Positions 37,185-46,850 of a DNA stretch of 64,000 bases are shown here, piece after piece. Source of the DNA: a virus; the IMG/VR virus record IMGVR_UViG_3300017991_000004, positions 67,701 through 131,700 of that record. One strand, written 5' to 3'. Within the stretch, counting starts at the first letter, position 1; each line of letters opens with the position of its first letter. Below the pieces are notes generated by a model. It did no database searches and was not told the DNA's origin. It saw nothing but the letters and a program-made list of their open reading frames with translations. Made by a program: the position numbers and the translations under genes.

Positions 37185-37878
37185 CGTTTTGCTTCGCTTT
37201 CGTAATTAAGGCCCGCACTGTTTTCGGATTGCGGACCAACCGGGTACCCAGGCGCCGCAACGCTTCCCTCTGCTTCGGGTCAAAGGACTGAGGGATGGCG
37301 ATACGTTCATGTGCGCCCGTGAAGTTCTGCTGGAGGTTCACATTCACTCCTTGCGTTTTTCTGTCGTCGATAGCCGACTTCAGCAGACGCAGTAGAGTAT
37401 CCTCCGAGTCTCGAACTCGCTTGTTGGTGTACTTGGCCATCTGGAGCAGCGTGAGCGTATCGGTTGGCTCGCCGCCAGGACCGCCTGCTTCGATTCGCTC
37501 CGGCCGGAAGATTTCGGAATCAAGAGTCTGGAGGTGCTCCAGCATCTTGCGGTAGGTTGCGCTCCGCTCGGCAAGCAACATCATGGCTGTTCCCATGATT
37601 TTGCCGCGAGCCTCGTCAGAGAAAAGGTGCTGACCGACGCGGGTAGCGATGTCGGTCAGAAGAGTGTCGTCCTTGTTGATGGCTTCGACAACCATCTCTG
37701 CGATGTCACCTGCGTAGGCTGACAACGCCGACTTGCTCAGACCGCCGGGAGAGGTAGCGCCGTAGATTCGACGATACTCCGTCAGGTTCAAACCCGGCGA
37801 GCATAGGTCCAAATGGCTTTGTGTAATGCGGGTAAACTCCCGCCCGCATATCTGACACTGGATTTTGCTCTTTGCCAT
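37144..37878 (-). CDS. putative terminase small subunit with N-terminal Zn finger
   Basis: CQICG...HL; helical; directly upstream of terL. Confidence 0.45.
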   Translation of the reverse strand: MAKSKIQCQICGREFTRITQSHLDLCSPGLNLTEYRRIYGATSPGGLSKSALSAYAGDIAEMVVEAINKDDTLLTDIATRVGQHLFSDEARGKIMGTAMMLLAERSATYRKMLEHLQTLDSEIFRPERIEAGGPGGEPTDTLTLLQMAKYTNKRVRDSEDTLLRLLKSAIDDRKTQGVNVNLQQNFTGAHERIAIPQSFDPKQREALRRLGTRLVRNPKTVRALITKAKQNDDEEVTEVEAVEK

Positions 37879-37882
37879 CTAC

Positions 37883-38383
37883 CTACGGCCTTCCAAATCC
37901 AATTACAGTATCGTCATCGTCGTCATCATCGTCGCTCAATTCAGGCGGCAAACCAGAAACCTTTCCTGCTTTGCCTTTCTCCTTCTTGGGCGACTTCTTG
38001 GTCGTAGCGTGAAGGGCGCTCAGGGTGATGTACTGCTCCAGCCACTTCGCGTAGGTGTTGTCGGGAAAGATTAGACGAAGCCGAATGATGCGGGAAGCGA
38101 GACGGGTGCCGTATCGGTAATCGACAACTCCAGCTAGGTCACACCACTCGATGACAGAGAACTCGTAATTCTTCCAAAGCCATGCCCACCGCTCTACAAG
38201 GTCTTTTGGCACCTTCGTCCCGCACACCTTCAACTTAGCAGGTACCTTGCTCCACGCAAGAATCATAGCCATCACGTCTCGGCTTGACTTGAACCAGAGA
38301 AGGGCAGCAGTGTCCTGCTCCTGAGCAGCCTTGAACAGGTCGAGGACATCCTCGACTTCACCGACCTGAGCCTGCGTTACCAT
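37883..38383 (-). CDS. hypothetical protein
   Basis: ORF in operon. Confidence 0.65.
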   Translation of the reverse strand: MVTQAQVGEVEDVLDLFKAAQEQDTAALLWFKSSRDVMAMILAWSKVPAKLKVCGTKVPKDLVERWAWLWKNYEFSVIEWCDLAGVVDYRYGTRLASRIIRLRLIFPDNTYAKWLEQYITLSALHATTKKSPKKEKGKAGKVSGLPPELSDDDDDDDDTVIGFGRP

Positions 38384-38889
38384 GCTATCCCTTTCAGGTG
38401 CCGCAATCGCTTGCGTAGCGTGTCGTCAACCTTCCTAACCTCTTCCTCAGACCACCCCAAACGGTCTGCGACCTCTTTGCGGCTCCCAAGCCTGCGGCAG
38501 AGGAAGAAACACTGGACCCGCTCCACTGTCCCTAAGACTTCCCTAAAGCGAGGGAACCGGAGCCATCTGCTGGTACCAGCAGATGCCAGGGCCTCAGATT
38601 CGACCTCAAACACCCCTCTGTCTTTGCAGGAGAGCAGCGAGACAGCCTCTATATCGCGCGGAAGGCACAGAGTAAGACCGGAAAGACGTCTCAGCAGGGC
38701 GAAGGCTCTGAGGGGCGATATGCGGGCTGTGAGGAAGGTGACCGCCTCCCCGCCAGTGTTACCAGATAGTAACACTTGCGCCAATAGCAATTCCCGCTCC
38801 TTTTGGGACGTATTTTTGTTAAAAAATACGTCCGGCAAGGTCGCGGGCTTCGGCGCACTCTTCGAGTGTGTACTGTTCCTGGCGCCCAT
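38377..38889 (-). CDS. Mor-like/HTH transcription regulator
   Basis: A..LL..LSGLTLCLP and C-terminal HTH SRKEVADRLGWSEEEVRKV. Confidence 0.5.
   Translation of the reverse strand: MGARNSTHSKSAPKPATLPDVFFNKNTSQKERELLLAQVLLSGNTGGEAVTFLTARISPLRAFALLRRLSGLTLCLPRDIEAVSLLSCKDRGVFEVESEALASAGTSRWLRFPRFREVLGTVERVQCFFLCRRLGSRKEVADRLGWSEEEVRKVDDTLRKRLRHLKGIAW
38566..38583. repeat. 18-bp palindrome copy (exact), intragenic
   Basis: encodes SAGTSR. Confidence 0.95.
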
Positions 38890-39493
38890 AGAGGTCCTCG
38901 AACAACAGCCGGGCCTTGAGGATGGCCCGGAAGATAATCAGCCGGCAGGCATCGACTGAGAGGCCAGAACGCACGGCTGCGTTCTTCTCGTTCTGAATAG
39001 TCCCGTAGTCGAGCAGCATATTGACTGCCCACCGCCAAACCTCCTGGTCAGGCGTGACAACGGGACCGGCTTTCAACGCTTTGGAACGTAAATGCTCAAC
39101 CAAATTACCTTCCAGCAATCGAGCGTTCGCCTCAATAGGGATAGGCAACCCGTGAGCAGAATGTCGGGATACTTCCGGGTCACTGTCAAGCGACCGCTCC
39201 GGCAGGCACAGGATGTCTCGGCAGTATTCAGACCACACCGACTTGATGGCGTAGTAGAACCAAGAGTTCCAAGTGTACCCTTTGGGGATAGTCTTATGGC
39301 CAAGCAACCGAATGAACAGCGCCGATACGAGGTCGTCTACAAGAGTCGCCTCGAAGCGAACGCCCTTCTTGCGAAGGAAGCCCACCGTCATCTTGCGGAA
39401 CAGTGCTTGTAGTTCAGAAGCCGCGCCGCCAATGACAGTCCGACCACCATTTCGTGCCGACCGGAGCATTTGATTGAACTTTGCAGTGTCCAC
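38819..39493 (-). CDS. ECF-like RNA polymerase sigma factor
   Basis: region 2-like DDLVSALFIRL...SWFYYAIK...EYCR; region 4-like AAVRSGLSVDACR...RAILKAR. Confidence 0.55.
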   Translation of the reverse strand: MDTAKFNQMLRSARNGGRTVIGGAASELQALFRKMTVGFLRKKGVRFEATLVDDLVSALFIRLLGHKTIPKGYTWNSWFYYAIKSVWSEYCRDILCLPERSLDSDPEVSRHSAHGLPIPIEANARLLEGNLVEHLRSKALKAGPVVTPDQEVWRWAVNMLLDYGTIQNEKNAAVRSGLSVDACRLIIFRAILKARLLFEDLYGRQEQYTLEECAEARDLAGRIF

Positions 39494-40275
39494 TAGCCGA
39501 CCTTCTTTTTCTTCTTTTTCTTCAGAGCCTTCGGTGTTGCCTTCCGGCTACCCTGCACCACCTTGAGCTTGACTCCGTAGATTTTCTCCAGCTGGTCGAT
39601 TAGGTAGCCGAGTTCGATAACGGCTCCACCTTCATCGTCCCGAACGTGCGCAGACAGATACGCCAGCGCCATCATATTCAAACGCTCACCATCGGACTGT
39701 GACGGGAACCGCTTGGTGAGAATGTCGAGCGCCTTGTCCACCGTCTCGGCTTGCGACTCGTTCAGCTTGAACCGACGGTTGACTGTGTTCTCCACCATCG
39801 AGATGGCAACATCGTCATCCGTCTTACCCTTGCCCTCCTGCGCCTCATACTTGACCTTGCTGGTGAGTTCGCGAAGCGTCATGCCCTCCGCCTTCTTGAC
39901 CCACTTCTTCAACTGGGGCACAGTCGAGACGATGCGAAGAACCTGTGACACCTTTGCCCATCCCAGGTCAAGCAGTCGGCGCTTGTAGACCGACGGGGGT
40001 TCCAGGTCCACGATTTTCTTGTGGATGGTGATTAGGTGTTGTGCTTTACGGGAGCGAAACTTAAGCACCTCCTCACACCACTCGTCGAAAAACTCGTACT
40101 CGACTCCATCCCAGTTGACAAACAGTCCCTCGTCCCGAACGCGAAGGAGCAGCGCCCCCAAGTTGTAGTAGCTGGTATGAATAGACGCAACGCACCCACG
40201 CACTGCGCGGGCCATCGCCTTCGGTCCCATCGCTTGAACGTCCTGGGACTCGAGTAGAGAACTGCCTTTCTTCAT
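39493..40275 (-). CDS. hypothetical DNA-binding protein (DUF3102-like N-terminus)
   Basis: LG.LL..VRD..L.....Y..FDEWC......RKA..LI. Confidence 0.55.
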   Translation of the reverse strand: MKKGSSLLESQDVQAMGPKAMARAVRGCVASIHTSYYNLGALLLRVRDEGLFVNWDGVEYEFFDEWCEEVLKFRSRKAQHLITIHKKIVDLEPPSVYKRRLLDLGWAKVSQVLRIVSTVPQLKKWVKKAEGMTLRELTSKVKYEAQEGKGKTDDDVAISMVENTVNRRFKLNESQAETVDKALDILTKRFPSQSDGERLNMMALAYLSAHVRDDEGGAVIELGYLIDQLEKIYGVKLKVVQGSRKATPKALKKKKKKKVG

Positions 40276-40303
40276 GTGCCACCTCCATACCTATTTTACC
40301 TTG

Positions 40304-41275
40304 TTAGGCGAGAAAATTCTCGGGAGCCTTTTTACCCCAACAGGCTTCCTGAAAGAAACACTCGCGTGATTTTGGGTGCCCAACATTCGGGCACACCCGG
40401 TAGTCTGCTTTCGCCTTCAAGTTACCCTTCCGCGCCCATTTCACCTTCTTCAGAATGTCAACCCAATAGGACCGATTGCGTTTCACGAACCGGTACTTCT
40501 GCTGGGAGTTGTCCTTGCAGTAGTAAATGATTAGCCCGAACTCAACATCAGCCAGGTTGAGGTAAGTCTGCATCTGAGGGACATGCTCCTGCTTAGGCAG
40601 CCCTCCCCCATACTTCTCCTCGAACCCGTTTTTGTTGATGGTCTTGTAATCCACGATAACGCGCACCCATACCACTTGCTTACCCACGCGCACCCGCACT
40701 TCCCAAAGACCGTCAATGTGCCCCGTTACCTTCAACATCTCAGGGACACCCTTCACTTTCTCCTGCACTTGCGGCTCAACATATAACCAGGGAGGAAACA
40801 TATAAAGGTTCCCTCCTTTGCACTTCGGGCAAGGCGCAGGGTATTCGACATCAAGGTCCGTCAGTTTATCAAGCACTTCGACCATCGGCATGGCTACCTT
40901 GCGGTGGGTCAGGAATCCACAGGCGGGACAGCGCCACTGACCCTTGCGAACCTTGCGGGTAAGCCCTGCATAGTATTGCAACTGCTTGTGCACCACTGTC
41001 CCTGTATCCACGATGGGGATAACTTTGCCCGGCAACGTCTTGGTACGATTCCACTGCTGCACTTTGTCCCACGCCTTCTTTTTAATGAGCTTGATGGCGA
41101 AGGCTGACTCTACTGGACAGAAGGAGTGCATTGCCGACGCGCGAAAGACGCGCACCTTATTACCGGGAGTAGAAGTAGGCGTAGCATCATGGTAAGTGAT
41201 TACCGCCTTATCTAAGCGAACCCGAGGCAGCAAATCCTCGTAGGAGATTTCCTCTAGCACAGCCGCTTCAACCAT
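40304..41275 (-). CDS. Cas4-like/PD-(D/E)xK exonuclease with Zn-ribbon insertion
   Basis: C near N-terminus, GT.VH, GHIDG, IVDYKT, QMQTY, C-terminal Cys cluster. Confidence 0.75.
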   Translation of the reverse strand: MVEAAVLEEISYEDLLPRVRLDKAVITYHDATPTSTPGNKVRVFRASAMHSFCPVESAFAIKLIKKKAWDKVQQWNRTKTLPGKVIPIVDTGTVVHKQLQYYAGLTRKVRKGQWRCPACGFLTHRKVAMPMVEVLDKLTDLDVEYPAPCPKCKGGNLYMFPPWLYVEPQVQEKVKGVPEMLKVTGHIDGLWEVRVRVGKQVVWVRVIVDYKTINKNGFEEKYGGGLPKQEHVPQMQTYLNLADVEFGLIIYYCKDNSQQKYRFVKRNRSYWVDILKKVKWARKGNLKAKADYRVCPNVGHPKSRECFFQEACWGKKAPENFLA

Positions 41276-41685
41276 TCCTGAGCCTCCTCGAATTGGGAAC
41301 CATTAACCGCAGTCAACACGCCGCACATGACATCAAACACATCAGCGGGTACGGCGAACCAATCACTAGAAAATTCCCCCGGCATCTTGTCGAAACCGAG
41401 TTGCAAAATAGGCACCTTGCCCTCTGCTCTTGCTTCTCGACATATCTTGCAAAGGACTTCCATTTTGATAGCCAGCGACCCCTTGCTAGTTGTCTTTGCT
41501 TCCTCTCTGGCGAAGAAGTTCTTTACATCGCCTTTGTCATTACCGCATCCACTCCCGCGCGTCTTCTCACCGCGAAGGATGCGGGCACCCTCGGCCTCTT
41601 GCCTGTCACACCCGCGGACCACCCGGTCTTTCCGCTTCGGAGGCAACTGTACTGGCCGGTTTCTCTTTTTCGGTCGAAGACTCAT
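41254..41685 (-). CDS. Hjc-like PD-(D/E)xK endonuclease/resolvase
   Basis: QE..A......GSG....KGDV......EAKTT. Confidence 0.65.
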   Translation of the reverse strand: MSLRPKKRNRPVQLPPKRKDRVVRGCDRQEAEGARILRGEKTRGSGCGNDKGDVKNFFAREEAKTTSKGSLAIKMEVLCKICREARAEGKVPILQLGFDKMPGEFSSDWFAVPADVFDVMCGVLTAVNGSQFEEAQEWLKRLC

Positions 41686-42072
41686 TTAGGAACCGTCGCT
41701 CACATAGAAGTCAGTGTTCTCTCCCTGAATTACCGCGCGACCGTCAGGCAGCGCGTTGCCTTTCTCGTCGCAGAGTTCATAGGTGTCGAAAAATGCCTGC
41801 GGCGCAACAGGGAATCGGCTCCCGTTGTGACCTGTGATGATGAAGTCACCGGGGCACACCATGTAGTGCGTCTCCCCTTTGCGCCGGTTCGGATGGTCTT
41901 TCGGCAAAGGCAACGCCCCGTGCTCTGACAAACCTTGCTGACAGATGCCGCATAGTAGCGGAGTGTTGCTGCCTAAGGGCAGCGCCGGGTTGACGGTTAC
42001 ACCTTCTGCGTCGCCTGCCTTGAACCACCGCTCCGCAGTTAGCACCTGCTTCACTCTCACATACGCTTTCAT
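41686..42072 (-). CDS. conserved phage protein (PGD.II.G..G..FP....F..TYE)
   Basis: motif recognition. Confidence 0.6.
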   Translation of the reverse strand: MKAYVRVKQVLTAERWFKAGDAEGVTVNPALPLGSNTPLLCGICQQGLSEHGALPLPKDHPNRRKGETHYMVCPGDFIITGHNGSRFPVAPQAFFDTYELCDEKGNALPDGRAVIQGENTDFYVSDGS

Positions 42073-42086
42073 GTTTACCCCCGTTA

Positions 42087-42104
42087 TCTGCTGGTACCCG
42101 CAGA
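42087..42104. repeat. 18-bp palindrome copy (17/18), abuts the recA stop
   Basis: TCTGCTGGTACCCGCAGA. Confidence 0.9.
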
Positions 42105-43589
42105 CTACACTACCTCGAACAGCTCCTCGTTCAGCGACTTCTTTTTCTTCTTGGCCTTCCGCTCCGCCTTCACCTCTGCGACGGTTTTCATTTTCTTTTT
42201 CTTCATCGCCTTTTCATCCTCCGCCGCAATTTTCTCTGACGGCAAGGTGATAGTGATGTCTTCTCCAATGAGGTGAGACAGCACTCGGTTGCGAAGGTCT
42301 AGATACACTGAAACATTCTCATTCAAGAACTGCCGCAGCGCCTTTTGGGTCTTGAAGTGCCCCACTCCCTCAGACAGAAACTCAGACTGAAGAAGGTAAC
42401 CCTTCGCCTTGACGATGAAGCCGTGCTCCAGGCCGTGCTCCATCACCATCTCGACATCTTCCGTATCGCCTACCAGCTTACCCTTGCCGGGACGCAGCCA
42501 GAATCGAAAGATTCCCGATGACCGGGGAAAGCCGCCCACTTTCGATTTTGCTATCCGGCACCCGAAGTTGCCGAACAATGCACTCGCCCCTTTGTACTCA
42601 TACTTCTTTGGCTCAAGTTTGACATCGAGGCTGATACCATGCCCCACCGCCCAGCCGCCTGACGGCGACAAGCTGGCCCAGGGCTTGCCAATGTCTTTCG
42701 CCCGAACCTGCGCGACGATAACGATGGTAGGCGTGTAGCGATTGAGTAGCCCACCTGCATTGATGGCGCTTGTCCACTTCTGCATGGCGCGAGTCATGAC
42801 GTTCGCCTTACCCGCAACCTTCGGAGTTTGCGACAGCGCCTTTTCCAGTGTGTCGCCGGGAGTGAGCATATCGAGGGAATCGAGAATGACCAGGTCAACC
42901 TCATTCATGAGGATGATGTCTTCCGTTAAGTCGAGAACCTGCTCCGCCCAGTTGCCGCCCATGAGCAGCAACAGGTCTGTATCTACCCCATTCGCCTTCG
43001 CCCACGCTTCGTCGATGGAACCTTCTGTGTCGATGTAGAGGCAGCGGAAAGGCTCACAGCGGTCAGTGTGCATGAACTCGATATTCACTTTCTTCCCGGC
43101 ATCGTTCTTTCCCGCCATCACCGCGAAACCGCCCGTTTTCTTCTTTGCCTTCTGCGGCAGCTGACCTGCCAGGAGATTGAAACTGGACTCATAGTCGAAC
43201 TCTGACAGCGCGTTGAACTGCGTAGGGTCCATCATGGTCCAGCGAGGTTTGGGGCAGGCACAGTCCATGTCACCCGTCTCCGGATTCAAGACGATGGGCA
43301 ACTTGCAGTGCCGGCAGTAGTGCTGCCCGGTGCGAACCACCCGAAGGCAAGTGGTGGACTTGAGACTCGATGGCTTTCCCCATATCCGACTGATACGGTT
43401 CATGGGAACCCCGCCTGCCGTGCGCCAATCGAGTTCGAGAATACCGAAGGGCAATCGAAGCACCCGCGCTACCGCCGCCTTGCTCAAAGGCAGCGTAACG
43501 TGCGACCCGAACTTCGTGTTGACGGAAGCGGAAATTTCCGCCAATCGTTTGCGCCCTTTGGTCGGAGAGCCTTTCTGGTCGTGCAACAT
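42105..43589 (-). CDS. recA: RecA/UvsX-like recombinase with Cys-rich insertion
   Basis: LD...GG.P..RI..IWGKPSSLKST, YIDTEG, VILDS, Q.R, SGG. Confidence 0.85.
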   Translation of the reverse strand: MLHDQKGSPTKGRKRLAEISASVNTKFGSHVTLPLSKAAVARVLRLPFGILELDWRTAGGVPMNRISRIWGKPSSLKSTTCLRVVRTGQHYCRHCKLPIVLNPETGDMDCACPKPRWTMMDPTQFNALSEFDYESSFNLLAGQLPQKAKKKTGGFAVMAGKNDAGKKVNIEFMHTDRCEPFRCLYIDTEGSIDEAWAKANGVDTDLLLLMGGNWAEQVLDLTEDIILMNEVDLVILDSLDMLTPGDTLEKALSQTPKVAGKANVMTRAMQKWTSAINAGGLLNRYTPTIVIVAQVRAKDIGKPWASLSPSGGWAVGHGISLDVKLEPKKYEYKGASALFGNFGCRIAKSKVGGFPRSSGIFRFWLRPGKGKLVGDTEDVEMVMEHGLEHGFIVKAKGYLLQSEFLSEGVGHFKTQKALRQFLNENVSVYLDLRNRVLSHLIGEDITITLPSEKIAAEDEKAMKKKKMKTVAEVKAERKAKKKKKSLNEELFEVV

Positions 43590-43614
43590 AAATCCTCCTA
43601 GTGCCGTGCCAAAG

Positions 43615-43632
43615 TCTGCTGGTACCAGCAGA
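43615..43632. repeat. 18-bp palindrome copy (exact), abuts a stop codon
   Basis: direct reading. Confidence 0.95.
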
Positions 43633-43968
43633 TTAGTTGATGACCTCCTGTACGTCTTTCATGGCAGATTCCAGCAGCGCCCTACTGCCTTCTCTGCGAG
43701 GTTGACCGTTGCGGTCGGCAACCCACTTCCACTCACCACGAACAAGCGTCACCATGCCGTAGCCTGTGGGTCGAACGTACTGAACAACTTTGTCAGAGAT
43801 GTGCGTCCATCCTTCCTTCTCTTTTTTCATGACGGCCCGCATCATTTCCTCGTTGTCCTTCTGCCTGTCCGCTTGCGACCGGTCCCGAAGGTTGACTTGC
43901 TCCTTCGGTTCGGCGTCAGGGGCGTTATCCAGGCCCGAAAGGTCGTACTTCTTTTTGTCTAGACTCAT
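43633..43968 (-). CDS. hypothetical protein
   Basis: GGAGG RBS. Confidence 0.6.
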   Translation of the reverse strand: MSLDKKKYDLSGLDNAPDAEPKEQVNLRDRSQADRQKDNEEMMRAVMKKEKEGWTHISDKVVQYVRPTGYGMVTLVRGEWKWVADRNGQPRREGSRALLESAMKDVQEVIN

Positions 43969-44381
43969 GCGTCCAAATCCTCCTTCCGTAATTCACGGTT
44001 GAACAAACGCGCGGCTGCCCGGTGCGCCAGTTTCGCGTTGAAGTCCAAAACCTCGGCTGTCAGCACATCGACCAGCGCTGACCTCGCTTGGGGATGCGAG
44101 ATGGTACTGTCTTCGATTTCGACAGACGCTTGTACAGAATTGTAGTCCCCCATATTGAACGTCCCGTGCGTCTTGACGCGCACAGTTGACAGCGGCACTT
44201 CAATGGGAAATACGGAGACGCCCAGTTTCTTCTGAACCAGCTTCTCCGCGCCTGCCTTCGCCGCCTTGTTCACCGTCATTTTCAAAGTGACGGTTCGCTC
44301 AGTGATTTTCAAGCTAGCCTTCCCTTTGTCCACGCCCTTCTGCACAACCTTCTTTTTCTTTTTCTTTTTCTTTGCTGCCAT
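43965..44381 (-). CDS. hypothetical protein with poly-Lys N-terminus
   Basis: GGAGG RBS before ATG44381; T.N.G.Y.S motif. Confidence 0.6.
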   Translation of the reverse strand: MAAKKKKKKKKVVQKGVDKGKASLKITERTVTLKMTVNKAAKAGAEKLVQKKLGVSVFPIEVPLSTVRVKTHGTFNMGDYNSVQASVEIEDSTISHPQARSALVDVLTAEVLDFNAKLAHRAAARLFNRELRKEDLDA

Positions 44382-44865
44382 TTGGCAGTACCTCCAATTT
44401 AGACGCCTGTACCTTTGCGGTAAGTATCTCTTTGAACCGGCGCGAGTTTCCCCGCAGATTCTCCTGTAACATTTCGTAGAAGGCTTCGACGATGACATTG
44501 CAGTAGTCCCGGTGAAACAGACGATAGCTGCCCCATCGTTCGGAATATCCCGGCAAAACTCCCTGCGCCAGCCACGCCTGCACAGTGTCGCGGGAGCGGT
44601 CGAGTACATACCCTAACCCTGTCGTCGTAAGCCCCACAGTTTCAGATGATACGATGCCTAACCTGGGCACAGACAGCGACCCGTCAAATGACTGGATAAG
44701 TCTCTGCTTCATCCCTGCTAACACGCCTTCGAGTTTCTCTTGACGAAGTTTCTGACGGCGAGCCTGGTCACGCTCCTTCTGCCGCTTGCGGAAAGCGGGG
44801 TCCTCCGCCCACTTCTTCTTCCGCTTGACAGACAGCGCCTTCTTGTTTTTCTCCCAGTAATTCAT
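44314..44865 (-). CDS. putative MerR-like HTH DNA-binding protein
   Basis: T...LG..L.RS.DTV..W...G.LP......YRLF. Confidence 0.55.
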   Translation of the reverse strand: MNYWEKNKKALSVKRKKKWAEDPAFRKRQKERDQARRQKLRQEKLEGVLAGMKQRLIQSFDGSLSVPRLGIVSSETVGLTTTGLGYVLDRSRDTVQAWLAQGVLPGYSERWGSYRLFHRDYCNVIVEAFYEMLQENLRGNSRRFKEILTAKVQASKLEVLPNGSKEKEKEKEGCAEGRGQREG

Positions 44866-46256
44866 GCTACAGGTATCCCCGTCATGAATTTGAATCCTTC
44901 GCGTCGGTAGTAGGGAGCGCGACCGTCCCGCGCCCATTTCACTAGAGTCTTGTGTCGGTCTACAAAATCGGCAATCACAGGGCGCATCTTGTCTTCATGC
45001 TGTCGAAGGATTCTGCCAACAGGTTGCTCGACGTCTTTCACCGGAGTCGCCAGAGTCAGCATATCAATGTCAGGAACGTCCATGCCCTCATACGCCATTC
45101 CATAGGTTCCAAACAGGATTTGCTTACTCGCTGCCTTGTCGAGTTCCTCCTCCGAGCGGCCACCAATATAAAAACCCGCCCTCTTGCGTATGATGGGCGG
45201 GAGCATTTCAAACAGGTTCGCAAGATGGTCCCGCGTCGAGGCGATAACCAGGTTCTTGCGTCCTTGCTTATAGGCTTTGATGACGTGCTCTATTATAAGT
45301 TCATTTCGATAGTCTAGCGAGGCGAACGTCGTGCCTATCTTTGCCAAAGATAAGACACCCGCAGCCCGCAATCTGCCAGGTTGGATGATGAACGGAACGG
45401 GAATGAAAAACACTTTGCCCTGCACATCTTTTCTGACCATCGTGTAGAGGGTATCACCCAACGCCTGCGCGAATACTTTTTCAGTACCGTCTTTACGCCG
45501 CAGCGTTGCAGTAGTGCCTAGCAGGTACTTTGCTTTGAATTTGTATGCTACTGTCAGGAACGTAGTAGCGGGTAGATGATGGCATTCGTCAAACAACACG
45601 GTACGAAACGCTGAGTAAAGTTCTTCGGGGTAGTCCTTTTCTGCAAGCGATTGCACCGTCGCAATCACGAAGGGATAGCGAGGACCGAACTGACATTTGG
45701 GACCCCGAATGTAGCCTATCCTGGGCTTCTTGTTTCCCAAGCGAATCGTCCATACCTTTTTACCATCCACCTCAAAACCCTGGATGGAGTTGCGCCAATT
45801 TTTAATAAGGTCGGACTTGTGGACCACAATGAGCGTAGGCCCGCCTAGCAACGCGCCGATGTATGAGTTCATCAAGGTCTTGCCGGAGGCAGTAGGCGCT
45901 ACCGCGAACCCTCCGAAACCGTTTTTCTTCGCCTTCTCTACTACCCGCTTCACCAGAATACTCTGGTCAGGCGGGTAAGGCGGCTGGTCGAGAAGACTCC
46001 AGTTCACCTTAAACGGTAGGTCCGGCCCCATCGCCCGCTTGTCTTGAAAGGTAAAACCTTTGCGGCGCAAGTGGCGGTAACCGAATACTCGAGGTAGCCA
46101 CAGCCACTTGTCGTTCTCAACGAAAACCTCTACCTCATGAAACTCGCGGAACCCTTTGGTACGAATCGTCAGGTCCTTCTTGAGTTTATTCAAGGCAGTC
46201 TTCGTCAAGGCTGACTTCTTGACGGCTACCATCTCGTTTATCCAAGCCTTCTTCAT
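44862..46256 (-). CDS. superfamily 2 DNA helicase (UvsW/XPB-like)
   Basis: APTASGKT, FDECHH, TAT, EGMDVP, EQ.VGRILR. Confidence 0.9.
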   Translation of the reverse strand: MKKAWINEMVAVKKSALTKTALNKLKKDLTIRTKGFREFHEVEVFVENDKWLWLPRVFGYRHLRRKGFTFQDKRAMGPDLPFKVNWSLLDQPPYPPDQSILVKRVVEKAKKNGFGGFAVAPTASGKTLMNSYIGALLGGPTLIVVHKSDLIKNWRNSIQGFEVDGKKVWTIRLGNKKPRIGYIRGPKCQFGPRYPFVIATVQSLAEKDYPEELYSAFRTVLFDECHHLPATTFLTVAYKFKAKYLLGTTATLRRKDGTEKVFAQALGDTLYTMVRKDVQGKVFFIPVPFIIQPGRLRAAGVLSLAKIGTTFASLDYRNELIIEHVIKAYKQGRKNLVIASTRDHLANLFEMLPPIIRKRAGFYIGGRSEEELDKAASKQILFGTYGMAYEGMDVPDIDMLTLATPVKDVEQPVGRILRQHEDKMRPVIADFVDRHKTLVKWARDGRAPYYRREGFKFMTGIPVA

Positions 46257-46534
46257 TTCAAATCCTCGCTGGTCAGTCCAGTGTTCCAGTTGGCTATTTC
46301 CTCGTTTATCAACTGACCAGCAGCCTGCGCGATTCGGAGCGCAGGTTTGCGTCGAACGAACCGCCCACACTCAGTTACAAAACCAGACTCGGCTCGATTG
46401 ACCATTAGTCGGTCAGCCTCTTCCGCGTGCCCGGCATCGAAAGCCTCCCGGTGGTTGGCTCCGGTGAATACCCTTCCGTCTTCGAGACGAATGGCTGCGC
46501 ACTTGATACGCATACCTTTGATGTCGTCATTCAT
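46253..46534 (-). CDS. conserved small phage protein
   Basis: CAAI...G..H...GF....GRFV.R..A..IA..AGQ...L.SEDL; GGAGG RBS. Confidence 0.65.
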   Translation of the reverse strand: MNDDIKGMRIKCAAIRLEDGRVFTGANHREAFDAGHAEEADRLMVNRAESGFVTECGRFVRRKPALRIAQAAGQLINEEIANWNTGLTSEDLK

Positions 46535-46547
46535 GGCTGCCTCCACT

Positions 46548-46565
46548 TCTGCTGGTACCAGCAGA
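46548..46565. repeat. 18-bp palindrome copy (exact), intergenic
   Basis: direct reading. Confidence 0.95.
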
Positions 46566-46568
46566 TAA

Positions 46569-46850
46569 CTAACAGGGTTTCTCCCACCCGCAGTTCGAAC
46601 ACTTGGCGCGGCAAGCGTTGGGCATGGGAGTTCCACACTGGTCACACTTGTAATCGAGCGCCACAGTCGCAAGCACCTTTGGGAGCGATTCCATCTGTTG
46701 CCGTTCGCGGGTGTCCAAAGAGTCCAACAGGTCTGTGCAATACTTCGGGAAGGAGACTCCGCGAATCTGCTCCTCGGTGACAACCTGTTTCTGACAGCGC
46801 GGACAATACCCACCCTGTAGCTTAATTCCGCATTCGCAGTAGTCTGTCAT
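46569..46850 (-). CDS. Zn-ribbon protein
   Basis: four Cys pairs. Confidence 0.6.
   Translation of the reverse strand: MTDYCECGIKLQGGYCPRCQKQVVTEEQIRGVSFPKYCTDLLDSLDTRERQQMESLPKVLATVALDYKCDQCGTPMPNACRAKCSNCGWEKPC

Noticed and set aside
38377-39493. Split sigma factor (region 2 and region 4 in separate ORFs)
   Set aside because: The upstream ORF already has its own region 4-like HTH, and the downstream ORF looks Mor-like.
43050-43330. Intein in RecA
   Set aside because: The insert is short, has no HN/C-S-T splice junction or LAGLIDADG motif, and looks like a Zn ribbon.
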